Made by a program: the position numbers and the translations under genes. This document shows positions 63,120 to 64,000 of a stretch of DNA of 64,000 nucleotides, piece after piece. Where the stretch lies: NCBI RefSeq assembly GCF_006345805.1, contig NC_043010.1:25172001-25236000 (forward strand), in the 5' to 3' direction. Source of the stretch: Octopus sinensis (taxonomy: Eukaryota). The notes under the pieces are model-generated. The model saw nothing but the letters and a program-made list of their open reading frames with translations, was not told where the DNA came from and did no database searches. Numbering within the stretch: position 1 is the first letter of the stretch; each line of letters opens with the position of its first letter.

Positions 63120-63850
63120 TTATGGTATGTGGTGTGCTATATGTAATTACTATTCAACGAAAACTCCTGCCTAGCTAGTCTGACTTCATCATATTTTTTG
63201 TGATTAAACTATTTGTTCCTTTCTATGATCGTATTATGTATATTTGTAATGGCTTTTATGTAAGTAAGTCTCCTCATTATTTACTCCCTAGAAACTATAA
63301 AATCATACATATAACAGTACCTGTAACATTGCAACTTATAAAATTTCTTTGGTCTGAATATCTCTAACTGCCCTCACTAAGCCCATACCTACTACCTTCT
63401 CTTTTCAGGTTACCTTTATCTCTTTCCTACCTCAAATTTTAATACCTTGTCTCTTTAAATGTAGGTTATATATATTTCTTATAATTTTCTATATATTCTT
63501 ATTATTTTGTTTTCTCATTTTGATATCCTTACCTTAAATAGAGATTTTCAGCTATTTAGGTCTATGCAAGATGGTTATACTATATTCATATAGATGTATA
63601 AATATTTGTATATATGTATATATGCATATATGTGCATAACCTATTAACCTCTTATCCCTTATAAATTGTTATCTTTCTTGTTTGTAAATAGATACTTTTT
63701 AGTTGAAGTATATGTGAGATGGTTATACTTTATCCATATAAACGTATAAATATTTGTGTATGTGTACATGTGTGCACATAGATAAATATGTGTGTGTATC
63801 TGTACACATCATTATTTTTTCTGAGTCTTGGCTTATAGTTAATACATAGA

Positions 63851-64000
63851 TACGAGGGATGTTCAATAAGTAATGCCTCTGACCCACTTGCAGTTGTTTG
63901 ATCTAGCTGAAATTTTGCATGTACAATCATTTATATCTCTATAGAGTAAGTGGCAAATTACAGCTCTGAATTAATTGCGGTTTCTGATTTACAGGTGTTT
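63851..64000 (+). mobile_element. Left end of a mariner-type element
   Basis: TA-CGAGGGATGTTCAATAAGT start typical of mariner TIRs; runs off the window. Confidence 0.6.

Overview
Repeat-rich eukaryotic genomic DNA. The SINE, RTE and Penelope repeat families and the intron sizes point to an octopod cephalopod (inference; no database search was possible). One host protein-coding gene is well supported: a FANK1 orthologue (fibronectin type III plus ankyrin repeats) on the + strand. It has nine phase-consistent coding exons from 28178 to 50986, giving a 339-aa protein ending -IECC*. The rest is nested transposable-element sequence: the 3' part of a near-intact Ty3/Gypsy LTR element, CR1-, RTE- and CRE-like LINEs, several Penelope-like elements (PLEs), two putative solo LTRs, Tc1/mariner relics, a Helitron-like element and tRNA-derived SINEs. 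A 100-N scaffold gap lies at 59639-59738, preceded by a low-quality tandem repeat. The main signals not explained by the ORF track are: (i) minimal type I hammerhead ribozyme motifs in PLE terminal repeats, including one family with a non-canonical GUGAACAG core (apparent G3-C8 swap); (ii) a perfect 98-bp-arm palindrome with a hammerhead-like fold in each arm; (iii) a tandemly duplicated PLE relic with a CpA/TpG-poor, TpA-rich, CpG-retaining composition resembling fungal RIP. All coordinates were counted by hand. Element boundaries are approximate unless exact motifs are quoted.
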